Origin: an uncultured Candidatus Saccharibacteria bacterium
GTDB taxonomy: Bacteria > Patescibacteriota > Minisyncoccia > Phycocordibacterales > DATDWN01
DNA: 64,000 bases
Reading direction: 5' to 3'
Assembly (NCBI GenBank): GCA_964596875.1
Contig: CAZQVT010000002.1
Span: 5,508 to 69,507, forward strand
The notes under the pieces were generated by a model. It searched no databases. It saw only the letters and a program-made list of their open reading frames with translations, and was not told the origin of the DNA. Position 1 is the stretch's first letter, and each line of letters begins with the position of its first letter. Positions 1 to 9,732 of the stretch are shown here, piece by piece. The position numbers were made by a program, and so were the translations under genes.

Positions 1-140
1 CAAACTCTACCAACTCTTTTAGATAAAACCTTATCACTTCGGCAAAGCTGACCGATGTAATCTTTTGAGTAGCCTGTTAGTGCTGATGCATCTTTAACAG
101 AAATGTATTTTTTATTTTCAAAAAATATATCCGAAACCAT
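1..140 (-). CDS. Partial CDS (runs off window start); N-terminal excisionase/MerR-like HTH domain
   Basis: ATG at 140 reads MVSDIFFENKKYISVKDASALTGYSKDYIGQLCRSDKVLSKRVGRV, an HTH_17-like pattern. Confidence 0.7.
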   Translation of the reverse strand, partial: MVSDIFFENKKYISVKDASALTGYSKDYIGQLCRSDKVLSKRVGRV

Positions 141-211
141 TGATGTAATTATATCCACTAAAAAAATATAATTCACCAAAATATGTGGATAAATAAGGCT
201 TTCTCGTTTAA

Positions 212-285
212 CCGAGATTTTTTGGAATCCGAGATTTTGGAAAATTAGTTATCCGAGATTTTGGCAAAAAATGTTCCAGATTTTG
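212..285 (+). repeat. Four short direct repeats CC(G)AGATTTT(G)
   Basis: CCGAGATTTT at 212, 229 and 253; CCAGATTTTG at 276. Confidence 0.7.
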
Positions 286-534
286 TTCAGAACAAATTAG
301 GCATAAGTAAGAAAAATTTTATGAAAAATAATCATAAAAAAATGCCGCTGTGGTGGCCTAAAATGCCTCATATTTTACAACTCACTTGATTCCCGTAATA
401 TTCTATCCTAATCCAGATTAAACAGAGTTAGCGATATAATACAAAACCAAAGTTAGTTAAACATTATTAAAAATAGTTAGATATTACTATAGTTTTAGTA
501 TAGGATTATCAAGGTTTATAAATGTTTTAAATTA

Positions 535-915
535 TTATTTAATTGTTTTCAAATACTTTCTAATACTCTTTGGACTAACGCTTAGAGTCTCCTTGTTCTT
601 TGACTTAAGTATTATCGATATCTTTTCTGGTGACATTCCTTGTAGTGAATACTTTGTAATAAGTGCTTGAAGTTTAGTACTTCTGCCCACCTTATTTTGA
701 TTCGCTTTTTTAGTCTGCTGACGCTCTATGGCGTTTATATGTGCGTGGCTAGAACTGTATTTATCCTTACCTCCATTCCTGCTTATTTCTTCGCTTATGC
801 TTGATACACCTCTATCGAGTAGTGTTGCTATCTCAGTTACAGTTTTATTTGCCTTAAGCATCTTCTCGATCAGGAAACGCTCTTCTTTTTTAATATGTGA
901 TTTTTTATTTTTCAT
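535..915 (-). CDS. IS30-family transposase N-terminal HTH only (no DDE domain); remnant or stand-alone HTH protein
   Basis: EERFLIEKML..KTVTEIATLLDRGVSSISEEISRN...Y and GMSPEKIS match the IS30 N-terminus; only 126 aa. Confidence 0.6.
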   Translation of the reverse strand: MKNKKSHIKKEERFLIEKMLKANKTVTEIATLLDRGVSSISEEISRNGGKDKYSSSHAHINAIERQQTKKANQNKVGRSTKLQALITKYSLQGMSPEKISIILKSKNKETLSVSPKSIRKYLKTIK

Positions 916-1429
916 GGATTCAGTAATAATACAACCTTCGTATTTAAAGGTAAAGGTTAATTTTAAAATATATGTTGATAATTCCCAATATATCGTTCAA
1001 AAGATACATGAAAGCCTAAGTTGTGGAGACAGATTATATGGGAATTAATCACGGTACTTGCTGCCCCTTTTATACCTCGTCAATCAATCAGTATTGGAAA
1101 TAAATCCTAACTGACTGCACTTACCCACTTCCTTCACAAATAGGCCAAATATAAGCAAATATACAGCATTACAGTCCATTATAATAAAACAAATCAATAG
1201 TTATATCTACACCATCACGTACCACAGATATAGTTATCGTAAAAGTAACTGATTGTGTGATGTTGTATTGGCCTGATCAGGACTAGGTGGGACATTATAT
1301 TGTTATCGAAGGCAAAGTGTACAAAAGCAATGTCCACACATTTCGCTAGAGAACATTGCTATTAATACATAAACCTAATAAAATATGTATATAAGTTTAT
1401 CAATGTTTATATCACTTTAAATTAACAAT

Positions 1430-1672
1430 ATGGCCAATCTTTACATAACAATCAAACAAGCATCAAAGATTCTTGGGGTATCTCCATTAACCCTACGCAA
1501 CTGGGACAACAACGGTAAACTGAAGGCTCACCGTCACCCCATGAACAACTACCGGGTTTACAAGATTGAAGACCTGGAAAAAGTGATCCATGAAATCGAG
1601 GTCAATGCAGGAATTCGAAAGAGTACAAAAAAAGAGGTTCATAAACTAATTGTTAAGCATTTAAGAGACTAA
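1430..1672 (+). CDS. MerR/IS607-type HTH DNA-binding protein
   Basis: ITIKQASKILGVSPLTLRNWDNNGKL...NYRVY. Confidence 0.8.
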   Translation: MANLYITIKQASKILGVSPLTLRNWDNNGKLKAHRHPMNNYRVYKIEDLEKVIHEIEVNAGIRKSTKKEVHKLIVKHLRD

Positions 1673-1683
1673 AGTTCAAATAT

Positions 1684-1715
1684 AAAAAAATACCTCCGTC
1701 AAGAGGTATTTTTTT
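1684..1715. terminator. Bidirectional intrinsic terminator
   Basis: A-tract, TACCTC/GAGGTA hairpin, T-tract, between convergent genes. Confidence 0.7.
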
Positions 1716-1738
1716 ATATTTTTCAGATTGTGTATTTT

Positions 1739-3169
1739 TTATTTATTTAATATTTCTAGAATTATTTTTTTGAATACTTCTGGATTTACTGAACCTTTAC
1801 TTTCTTTCATCCCCTGCCCCACAAAAAACTGAAGTAGTGATTCTTTTCCAGATTTATATTCTGCAACTGAATCAGGATTTTCTGAAATAATTTTTTCTGC
1901 CATTCTTTTTATTTCTTCGATATCGTTTTTTTGTATCAATCCTTTTTCGTTTGCGATTACTTCTGCATCACCACCTGTTTCAAAAAGTATTTTCAAAATA
2001 TCTTTTGCTCCACGTGATGATAAGTCGCCTCGACCAATCATCTTGATTAGTTTTACAAAACTATCTATTTCGATCTTACCAACCACAAAGTCTTGTTTTA
2101 GAGTCTTTGAAAAACCTACAATATCTGAGGTTATATAGTTTGAGGCGGTTTGAACCAACTGCCCCTCCCCCAAAAGTCCGGCCACCTTTTCGAAAAAGTC
2201 ACTAGCCTCCCTATTACCAATATATACCTCGATGTCAGAATCTTTCACGCCAAAGTCTTTTGAAAGTCTCTGTCTTTTTAGTTCTGGTATTTCTGGTAAG
2301 TCTTTTGAAAGAGTGTCGCTAGAAAATTCTGGGATCTCACTTATTATAAGTTTTGGTAAATCTGGATCTGGGAAGTACCTATAGTCGTTTGCTGACTCTT
2401 TTAGTCTTTGTGAAAATGTTGAACCTTTGTTTTCATCCCATCCCCTAGTTTCCTGAACCACCTGTTTTCCATCTTCTAGTAAAGCGACCTGTCGTTTGAA
2501 TTCATAGTCAATTGCTTTTCCTGCTGCCTTAAAAGAGTTTATATTTTTTACTTCTACTTTTGTTCCAAATTTTTCTGTATCTGAAACTGAGATATTTACC
2601 TCGACTCGCATTTCGCCCTTTTCCATATTTGCATCTGATACATTTAAATACTGGAGTAGGAGTTGTAGTTCTTTAGCAAAATTCATAGCCTGTTCACTAC
2701 TGTGTATGACTGGCTCAGTCACAAGTTCAAGAAGTGGCACTCCGGCACGGTTATAATCAACCAAACTAACACCCGGTGTTTCGTGGGATGAGCGGGCTGT
2801 GTCTTCTTCTAGGTGTATTCTTGTTAACTCTACACCTGAAATAGATCCTCCTTGTACCAGAGGATATTTGTACTGACTTATCTGATAACCCTTTGGTATA
2901 TCTGGATAAAAGTAGTTTTTACGGTCAAACTCAGTGAAATCGGCCAGTTTACTGCCTATAGAGTGACCCACAAGAAGCACTTTTCTAACAGCCTCCTTGT
3001 TTATAGTAGGTAATGTTCCCGGGTGACCCATGCAAACAGGGCAAATATTAGTATTTGGAGCAACTTCTGTTTTATCAAATGAGCTGTTTTTACAGCCACA
3101 AAACATCTTGCTCTTGGTATTGAGTTCGGCGTGTATCTCTAGCCCAATTGTCATCTTGTACTTATTCAT
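1739..3169 (-). CDS. gatB: Asp/Glu-tRNA amidotransferase subunit B
   Basis: IGLEIHAEL, FDRKNYFYPD, HLEEDTA, DYRYFPDPDL. Confidence 0.97.
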   Translation of the reverse strand: MNKYKMTIGLEIHAELNTKSKMFCGCKNSSFDKTEVAPNTNICPVCMGHPGTLPTINKEAVRKVLLVGHSIGSKLADFTEFDRKNYFYPDIPKGYQISQYKYPLVQGGSISGVELTRIHLEEDTARSSHETPGVSLVDYNRAGVPLLELVTEPVIHSSEQAMNFAKELQLLLQYLNVSDANMEKGEMRVEVNISVSDTEKFGTKVEVKNINSFKAAGKAIDYEFKRQVALLEDGKQVVQETRGWDENKGSTFSQRLKESANDYRYFPDPDLPKLIISEIPEFSSDTLSKDLPEIPELKRQRLSKDFGVKDSDIEVYIGNREASDFFEKVAGLLGEGQLVQTASNYITSDIVGFSKTLKQDFVVGKIEIDSFVKLIKMIGRGDLSSRGAKDILKILFETGGDAEVIANEKGLIQKNDIEEIKRMAEKIISENPDSVAEYKSGKESLLQFFVGQGMKESKGSVNPEVFKKIILEILNK

Positions 3170-3191
3170 AACCTTAATTTACACTAAAATA

Positions 3192-4157
3192 CTACATTTT
3201 CCTAAGCATTTTTACCAACTCATCACTTAAGTTTTTTACTGATTGGTCATCCAAAATAGACACGTCGAGAACATTTTTATTCTTCTTTTTTAAGGTTGCA
3301 ATTAGTTTCTTTAGATCCTTTGGGTCGATAGTATCTGTTTTTGTTACCAAAATAGTCTCGGGTTTATCTAACAGTTCCTTATCATACTTACCCAACTCTT
3401 CTCTTATAAGAGTATAGTCTTCCAAAGGTTTTGGATTTTCAGCAGAAATACAATGAAGCAATGCTTTTGTTCTTGAGATATGTTTTAGAAAATTATGACC
3501 TAGTCCCTTCCCTGCCGAAGCACCCTCAATAAGTCCTGGAATGTCTGCCAAAACAAAACCGTACAAGTCGCCTAGGTTTGGTGCAATAGTTGTAAACTGA
3601 TAACTTCCCACTTTTGCTCGAGCCTTTGTAAGAGAGTTTAGTAAGCTTGATTTACCTGCATTAGGCAAACCAACCATACCAAGGTCTACTACAAGTTTAA
3701 GTTCTATCTGAAAAACTCCACCTTGCCCAACCTTACCAAGGGTTCTCTGTTTTGGGTTTATATTTCTCGGACCCTTAAAGTGTGTGTTGCCGTAACCTCT
3801 GTTTCCGCCCCGCAAAAAGAATATGGGCTCCTTATCCAAAACCTCTACAAACTTTGATGTTTCTACATCTTTTACAATACTACCGATAGGAAGTTCAATT
3901 ATTAGGTCTTCGCCAGCCTTTCCATTCATACAGTTTTTGCCACCCGGACTACCGTCCTCAGCCTTAAAAGATTTAACGAACTTGTATTTTGAAAGATAAC
4001 CTATATCAGAAACACCCTTAAGGTAGACATCTCCACCTCTTCCTCCATCACCACCTCCCGGACCAGCATGATCTATACCCTTAACATGCATCCAAGAAAC
4101 GATACCGTCACCACCCTTTCCGGCGTGGATCTCTACAGTTAGTTCATCTATAAACAT
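3192..4157 (-). CDS. obgE: GTPase ObgE (no C-terminal extension)
   Basis: Gly-rich Obg fold GGDGGRGGDV; GLPNAGKS, FTT, DIPG, TKTD. Confidence 0.95.
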   Translation of the reverse strand: MFIDELTVEIHAGKGGDGIVSWMHVKGIDHAGPGGGDGGRGGDVYLKGVSDIGYLSKYKFVKSFKAEDGSPGGKNCMNGKAGEDLIIELPIGSIVKDVETSKFVEVLDKEPIFFLRGGNRGYGNTHFKGPRNINPKQRTLGKVGQGGVFQIELKLVVDLGMVGLPNAGKSSLLNSLTKARAKVGSYQFTTIAPNLGDLYGFVLADIPGLIEGASAGKGLGHNFLKHISRTKALLHCISAENPKPLEDYTLIREELGKYDKELLDKPETILVTKTDTIDPKDLKKLIATLKKKNKNVLDVSILDDQSVKNLSDELVKMLRKM

Positions 4158-4339
4158 ATGGGTACTCTATCAGAAAAACCCTCTCAAACCAAATGCATCT
4201 CAAAAAACACTTGCATAGATTTTTAGTATTTGATATACACTACCAGTTATCCACAAAAAGTTGTAAAAATATTGTTTCCAAAATAAACAATATTTGATAC
4301 AAATTATTTAATTATTATTGAAAATAACACATTTAAAAC

Positions 4340-4561
4340 ATGAGTGATGACGAAAAAGAATTAGAGGAAGGTGAAGGTGGTGTGATAAATCCTGATCTAC
4401 TTGAAGAAGGACTTGGAGACGAAGAAGTGGATCTTGAGGAAAGAGATGATGGTTTTGGTGATGATGATGGAGATGGAGATGTTTCACTTTCGAAAGCCGC
4501 TGACGACGAGGATGCAGAAGGAGCCGAGTCCGATAAATATGACGACATAGATCTATTATAA
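4340..4561 (+). CDS. Small, extremely acidic protein
   Basis: 33 of 73 residues are D/E; followed by a terminator hairpin. Confidence 0.7.
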   Translation: MSDDEKELEEGEGGVINPDLLEEGLGDEEVDLEERDDGFGDDDGDGDVSLSKAADDEDAEGAESDKYDDIDLL

Positions 4562-4564
4562 ACA

Positions 4565-4591
4565 AAAAACCCGGAGTACTCCGGGTTTTTT
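4565..4591. terminator. Bidirectional intrinsic terminator
   Basis: AAAAAACCCGGAGTACTCCGGGTTTTT palindrome. Confidence 0.8.
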
Positions 4592-4593
4592 GT

Positions 4594-5817
4594 TTATAAA
4601 ACTTTTATTTTAATAAATCTCCTCTTGCCTATCTTGTAGACTCCATTTGAAACAACGGCATCTGCATTACTTACTTTTTCTCCACTCTCTATATTTGTGA
4701 CTGCTCCTTCAGAAATAAGTCTTCTGAATTCTGTTTTTGAGATTATGATTTGATTTATCATTAAGATATCACAAAGTGATGCACCTTCGGCAACACTTAC
4801 TTCTACAACATCTTCTGGCACTCCACCCTTTGCAAAAGTATTTTCAAAAGCATCCTCTGCCTTCTTTGCAGACTTTTCATCAAAACAAATTTTCACCAAC
4901 TCTCTAGCCAAAAACATTTTGTACTCCTTTGGATTTTTACCTGAGTCGAGAGATTCTTTTACTGACTCTATGTCACTTACTGGAACATCAGTTATGATTT
5001 CTAATCCCGGAACAATCATTTCATCTCCCCAACTCATAACCTTTCCGTACATTTCCTCAGCAGACTGGTCTAAGGAAACCATATTGTTTTCAGTCTTGCC
5101 CATCTTTTTACCACTTGGGTCTACCAAAAGTTTTGTAGCAAATACAAATTTTTCTTTATTTTTTAGCGTTTTTAAAAGGTCTCTCCCTGCCAACATATTC
5201 CAAGTCTGGTCATTACCGCCTATTTCCCCGTCTACCCCCATTGCAACAGAGTCATATCCCTGCATTAGTGGATACATAAACTCTGAAAGATTTATGGGCT
5301 TACCTTCCTCCATTCTTTTTGCAAACATTTCTCTTTCTAACATTTGTTGAACTGTAAAATTTGTAGAAAGTTCCAAAACATCAGCAAAAGACATTTTTCC
5401 AAGCCACTCTGAGTTAAATTTGAATTCCGCAGGATTACTTCCAGAGAAATCTATAAACCTCGATGCTTGTTTTTTGTAGTTTTTTAAGTTGTTTAAAACC
5501 TCCTGACGTGTAAGTTTTTTACGTGTTGCCGTCTTATCTGTAGGGTCTCCAATCATTGCGGTAAAATCCCCCATTAGAAGTATTATTTTGTGACCGAGTT
5601 TTTGAAACTTAGACAATTTAATAAGTGGTATCAAGTGCCCCAAATGCAGCGTTGGACCAGTCGGGTCAATACCAAGATAGATAGTTAATTTTTCCCCCTT
5701 TAACATTCTGGATTTTAAAAAATCCTTGTTAGGAAAGACGTTTTCAACGCCACGAGTAATCAAAGATTCTATCTCCTTTTCATCAGTTAAAACTTTAGAT
5801 TTTCTGAAATTAAACAT
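4594..5817 (-). CDS. tyrS: Tyrosine--tRNA ligase
   Basis: GIDPTGPTLHLGH, GGNDQ, KMGKT, C-terminal S4 domain. Confidence 0.97.
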   Translation of the reverse strand: MFNFRKSKVLTDEKEIESLITRGVENVFPNKDFLKSRMLKGEKLTIYLGIDPTGPTLHLGHLIPLIKLSKFQKLGHKIILLMGDFTAMIGDPTDKTATRKKLTRQEVLNNLKNYKKQASRFIDFSGSNPAEFKFNSEWLGKMSFADVLELSTNFTVQQMLEREMFAKRMEEGKPINLSEFMYPLMQGYDSVAMGVDGEIGGNDQTWNMLAGRDLLKTLKNKEKFVFATKLLVDPSGKKMGKTENNMVSLDQSAEEMYGKVMSWGDEMIVPGLEIITDVPVSDIESVKESLDSGKNPKEYKMFLARELVKICFDEKSAKKAEDAFENTFAKGGVPEDVVEVSVAEGASLCDILMINQIIISKTEFRRLISEGAVTNIESGEKVSNADAVVSNGVYKIGKRRFIKIKVL

Positions 5818-5854
5818 GTTAATACTTTACCACAAATGTGCTAAAATACGAGTT

Positions 5855-8017
5855 ATGTCTAAAAATCTAATTAAAAAGCACGGGTTAAGAAATGTGTTTA
5901 TATTTTTGCTTAGTTCAGGAATTATCCTGCTTGGCATGATGCTAATTTGGGTCTCTACCTTTAAAGTTCCTTCTCTGGACACTATAGAGGCCAGAAAAGT
6001 AAGTCAGTCCACAAAAATATATGACAGCACTGGAAAGGTTTTACTTTATGACGTATATCAAAAAGCAAAAAGGACTCTAGTTCCTTTTGATGAGATCTCA
6101 AATAACATAAAAGTCGCTACAGTTTCAATTGAAGATAAAGACTTTTACACACACAAAGGTTTCAAACCTACTTCTTTTTTAAGAGCGATAGTTGTTAATG
6201 CTGTTTCTGCGGGGTACTCTCAGGGTGGGTCAACGATAACTCAACAGGTTGTAAAAAATTCTCTGCTTACAGGAGACAAAAGTTTTTTTGGTGGACCAAC
6301 TAGAAAACTAAAAGAAATCGCTCTGTCACTTAAACTAGAAAAAATTCTTACTAAAAACGAGATCCTTTCTATGTATCTAAATGAAAATCCTTACGGAGGC
6401 ACTATATATGGTGTCGAAGAAGCAAGTCAGGCTTTCTTTGGAAAGTCTTCTAGGGATGTAACTTTGGCTGAAGCCGCATATCTTGCCGCAATCCCCCAAG
6501 CACCTTCAAGACTCTCTCCTTACGGCCCAAATAAAAATAAGTTAGACGAAAGAAAAAATCTAGTCCTTAGAGAAATGGTGGAAGATGGCAAACTAACAGA
6601 AGAACAATATCAAGAAGCATCTAAAGAAATTGTGGAATTTTTGCCAAAATCAACATCGGGAATAAAGGCTCCACATTTTGTAATGTTTGTTAAAGATTAT
6701 CTCGAACAAAAATACGGTAAAGATGTTCTTGAACAAGGCGGATTAAAGGTCACAACGACTCTAAACTACGAACTCCAGGCAAAAGCTGAAGAAATAGCAC
6801 TTAAATACGCGACAATAAACGAGAAAAATTTTAATGGTAAAAATGATGCCTTTGTAGCAATCGATCCGAAAACAGGTGGAATACTAACCATGGTTGGTTC
6901 AAGAGACTATTTCGACAAAACTATGGATGGAAACTTTAATGTGACCACTGCTCACAGACAACCAGGATCTACTTTTAAACCATTCGTTTATGCAGAAGCT
7001 TTTATAAAAGGTTACACACCTGACACGGTTTTGTTCGACCTAAAAACACAATTTTCTACAAAATGTCCGAAGGAAGACATGACTAGTGAAAACGGTTGCT
7101 ACTCGCCAAGTAACTACGATGATAAATTCAGAGGACCAATGACTCTGAGAGACGCCTTGGCTCAGTCTATAAACGTACCAGCAGTAAAAACTTTGTACCT
7201 TGCTGGCATCAAGGATTCCATAGATCTCGCAGAAAACATGGGAATTACAGGTCTTGGTGATGCGAACCAATATGGACTAACTCTAGTTCTTGGAGGTGGT
7301 GAAGTTTCTTTGCTTGAAATGACATCTGCTTATGGCGTATTTGCAACCGAAGGAGTAAGAAACCCTTATATAAGTATATTAAAAGTGGAAGACAACACCG
7401 GAAAAGTCTTGGAGGAATTTAAACCTAGACCAACTACAGTACTAGATGCAGAAGTGGCAAGAAAAATATCTGACATCTTGTCAGACAATGTGGCACGAAC
7501 TCCTCTTTATGGGCCAAATTCCGCTGTTTACTTTGGAGACAGACAGGTTGCAGTAAAAACCGGTACAACAAACGATTACAAAGACGCCTGGACTATTGGA
7601 TACACTCCAAACGTCGTAGTTGGTACTTGGGCTGGCAACAACGACAACACTCCTATGGAGAAAAAAGTGTCTGGTCTTATTGTTGCGCCTATGTGGCGAG
7701 CATTTATGGATGAAGTTTTAAAAACTGTACCTCCTGAAAACTTTAACAAGCCTCAGACTGAAGATTCTTACGACCTAAAACCTGTACTTCGAGGCAAATG
7801 GCAAGGAGGAATCTCTAGTGTGGTCACAAACGGAACCTCAGATATCCCTTACAACTCTGTTCAAGAGACGCTTTCTGGTGGAGTTCACTCTATTCTTTAC
7901 TGGCTAGATAAAAATAACCCTAGAGGAACCAGTGAGATAATCCCAGAAAGTGATCCTCAATTTGAAAGATGGGAGTACCCTATTAGACTATGGGCAACTG
8001 CCCAGGGGTTACAGTAG
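5855..8017 (+). CDS. Class A penicillin-binding protein (transglycosylase/transpeptidase)
   Basis: N-terminal TM; EDKDFY, GGSTITQQ, RKLKE; STFK, SIN, KTG motifs; start set at ATG 5855. Confidence 0.95.
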   Translation: MSKNLIKKHGLRNVFIFLLSSGIILLGMMLIWVSTFKVPSLDTIEARKVSQSTKIYDSTGKVLLYDVYQKAKRTLVPFDEISNNIKVATVSIEDKDFYTHKGFKPTSFLRAIVVNAVSAGYSQGGSTITQQVVKNSLLTGDKSFFGGPTRKLKEIALSLKLEKILTKNEILSMYLNENPYGGTIYGVEEASQAFFGKSSRDVTLAEAAYLAAIPQAPSRLSPYGPNKNKLDERKNLVLREMVEDGKLTEEQYQEASKEIVEFLPKSTSGIKAPHFVMFVKDYLEQKYGKDVLEQGGLKVTTTLNYELQAKAEEIALKYATINEKNFNGKNDAFVAIDPKTGGILTMVGSRDYFDKTMDGNFNVTTAHRQPGSTFKPFVYAEAFIKGYTPDTVLFDLKTQFSTKCPKEDMTSENGCYSPSNYDDKFRGPMTLRDALAQSINVPAVKTLYLAGIKDSIDLAENMGITGLGDANQYGLTLVLGGGEVSLLEMTSAYGVFATEGVRNPYISILKVEDNTGKVLEEFKPRPTTVLDAEVARKISDILSDNVARTPLYGPNSAVYFGDRQVAVKTGTTNDYKDAWTIGYTPNVVVGTWAGNNDNTPMEKKVSGLIVAPMWRAFMDEVLKTVPPENFNKPQTEDSYDLKPVLRGKWQGGISSVVTNGTSDIPYNSVQETLSGGVHSILYWLDKNNPRGTSEIIPESDPQFERWEYPIRLWATAQGLQ

Positions 8018-8272
8018 CTATCTAATGTCTACATTTTTAATAGCAGTCTCCTTCTCTATTTCATTTTTAATTTTCTCTTTAAAAATAAATATTTTATTTT
8101 TAGCTAGTGGAGAAATTTTTAACAATATTTGATTATTTCGCAACTCGAAATCCCCTACTTTTATACCAAGTCCTGTGTTTCTGTTTATTATTTCTACAAT
8201 AGTACTGTTTATTACTTCTCCTGAATTTAAGTTTTTTTTAATTTTTTCTAAGTATTTAGAGATATTTAACAT
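8018..8272 (-). CDS. Small basic protein, possibly DciA/DUF721-like
   Basis: Downstream of dnaA-dnaN; C-terminal pattern resembles the DciA KH-like domain. Confidence 0.5.
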   Translation of the reverse strand: MLNISKYLEKIKKNLNSGEVINSTIVEIINRNTGLGIKVGDFELRNNQILLKISPLAKNKIFIFKEKIKNEIEKETAIKNVDIR

Positions 8273-8295
8273 AAATTTGTATTTAAAGACTTTCA

Positions 8296-8422
8296 AAAAA
8301 TTAGTTAAATTGCTTTAGATACTAGGTAATGAAGGGTTTTATGAGGGAGCCTTACATATAGTAAGGTGAGTGAAATAAAACTCTTCAGCAACAAAGTAGA
8401 TGAAGTAATTTTACTAATTTTT
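8296..8422 (-). repeat. ~120-bp palindromic element copy E1 (after dnaN stop)
   Basis: Terminal IR; central CACCTTAC/GTAAGGCT hairpin; similar to 34121-34231 and 35621-35747. Confidence 0.85.
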
Positions 8423-9521
8423 ACTTGTTCATTGGCATAACCAGGTAAAGGAAGGACTTATCCGAAACACCCTGTATCACCATAGGCCTGTTTGTGTCTG
8501 AAAAAACCAAAGTAATACTGTCTGAATCTATAGACTGAAAACAGTCGGTTATGTATTTATAATTAAAACTAATATTCAAATCCTCCCCTTTTAAAACCGC
8601 GTCTATACTACTTGTATTTTCTCCAACATCTATATTTTTAGTTAAAATCTTAAACATTTTGTTTTTAGGAGAAATTTTAAAGGTAACCTGACTAAATTTG
8701 TCAGCAAAAATATTTGAGATTTTTAGAGAACTTACTAGGTCTTGTTTTAATACCGTAACTTCTGTTTTTATATCCTTAGGTATAATCTGTTTATAGTCAG
8801 GAAAAACACCGTCTATTACTCTAGAAGTTATATATACTTCACTGTATGAAAAAGCTATTTGATTTTCATCCAAATAAACAAAAATATCGTCCTTAGTGTC
8901 TTCTATAACTCTTATAATCTCCCCTATATTTTTAACTGGTATCAAAATCTGATTAAATTCCTTATGCTTTTTAACACCTATCCTTTTTTCACTTAGTCTA
9001 AATGAGTCAGTAGCAACAAAAACAACATCATCGTCTTCTGATAGTAATAAAACACTAGATAGTGTCGGTCTGATAGTTGAGTTTGAGGCACTATACATTA
9101 CAGACTTAAATCCTTTTATAAGATTTGGAGCGTTGAAAGTAAAAGGATTTTGGTTTGTTACTTTTGGTATGTTTGGGAAATCATCTATTGAGTATGATTT
9201 TATTATAGACTCAGAGTGATTTGTAGAGATTTTTAGGTTTCCTTCAACCTCTTCTAGGGTTACATTCTTATCATTTATTATGTTTGATATAAAACTGTAT
9301 AAAACACTTCCAGATACAGCGATTTTACCCGGCTTGTTTACCTTTACTGGTATACTTATCTCTATACCCAAATCAAGGTTAGTTGCTTTTATAGTAAGAG
9401 TGGAGCCTTGTGCCTCTAATAATACACAACTCAATATAGGTAGAGTTATATTTTTACCAGTTATTTTCTCTACCTTTCCAATAGCGTATGAAAGTTTGTC
9501 TTTAATGCATTCAATATTCAT
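8421..9521 (-). CDS. dnaN: DNA polymerase III beta clamp
   Basis: ATNLDL, VATDSFRL, G.FPDY, LVMPM; 366 aa; follows dnaA. Confidence 0.97.
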   Translation of the reverse strand: MNIECIKDKLSYAIGKVEKITGKNITLPILSCVLLEAQGSTLTIKATNLDLGIEISIPVKVNKPGKIAVSGSVLYSFISNIINDKNVTLEEVEGNLKISTNHSESIIKSYSIDDFPNIPKVTNQNPFTFNAPNLIKGFKSVMYSASNSTIRPTLSSVLLLSEDDDVVFVATDSFRLSEKRIGVKKHKEFNQILIPVKNIGEIIRVIEDTKDDIFVYLDENQIAFSYSEVYITSRVIDGVFPDYKQIIPKDIKTEVTVLKQDLVSSLKISNIFADKFSQVTFKISPKNKMFKILTKNIDVGENTSSIDAVLKGEDLNISFNYKYITDCFQSIDSDSITLVFSDTNRPMVIQGVSDKSFLYLVMPMNK

Positions 9522-9732
9522 AGTATTAGTTTATTTATTTTATTTAAAGAATTCTAATTATATAGACTGTGTATAACTGGATAACTCGATAAAACTCTTA
9601 TTTATAGCCCTAATTCTAGAGAGGTTATGTGGATAACCTTGTTAAAACGATTGATAACTCTTTATTGGGGATATCTAATGAACAGTTTTTAATGATTTAC
9701 CAATAACTTATATACACACTATACACAATCTT
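9522..9732. other. Probable oriC (dnaA-dnaN intergenic region)
   Basis: Perfect DnaA box TGTGGATAA 9628-9636; near-boxes at 9568, 9710, 9719; AT-rich. Confidence 0.75.

Noticed and set aside
212-285. CRISPR array
   Set aside because: Repeats are only 10-12 bp with very short spacers; no cas genes in the window
535-915. Active IS30 element
   Set aside because: No DDE catalytic domain, and no terminal inverted repeats seen
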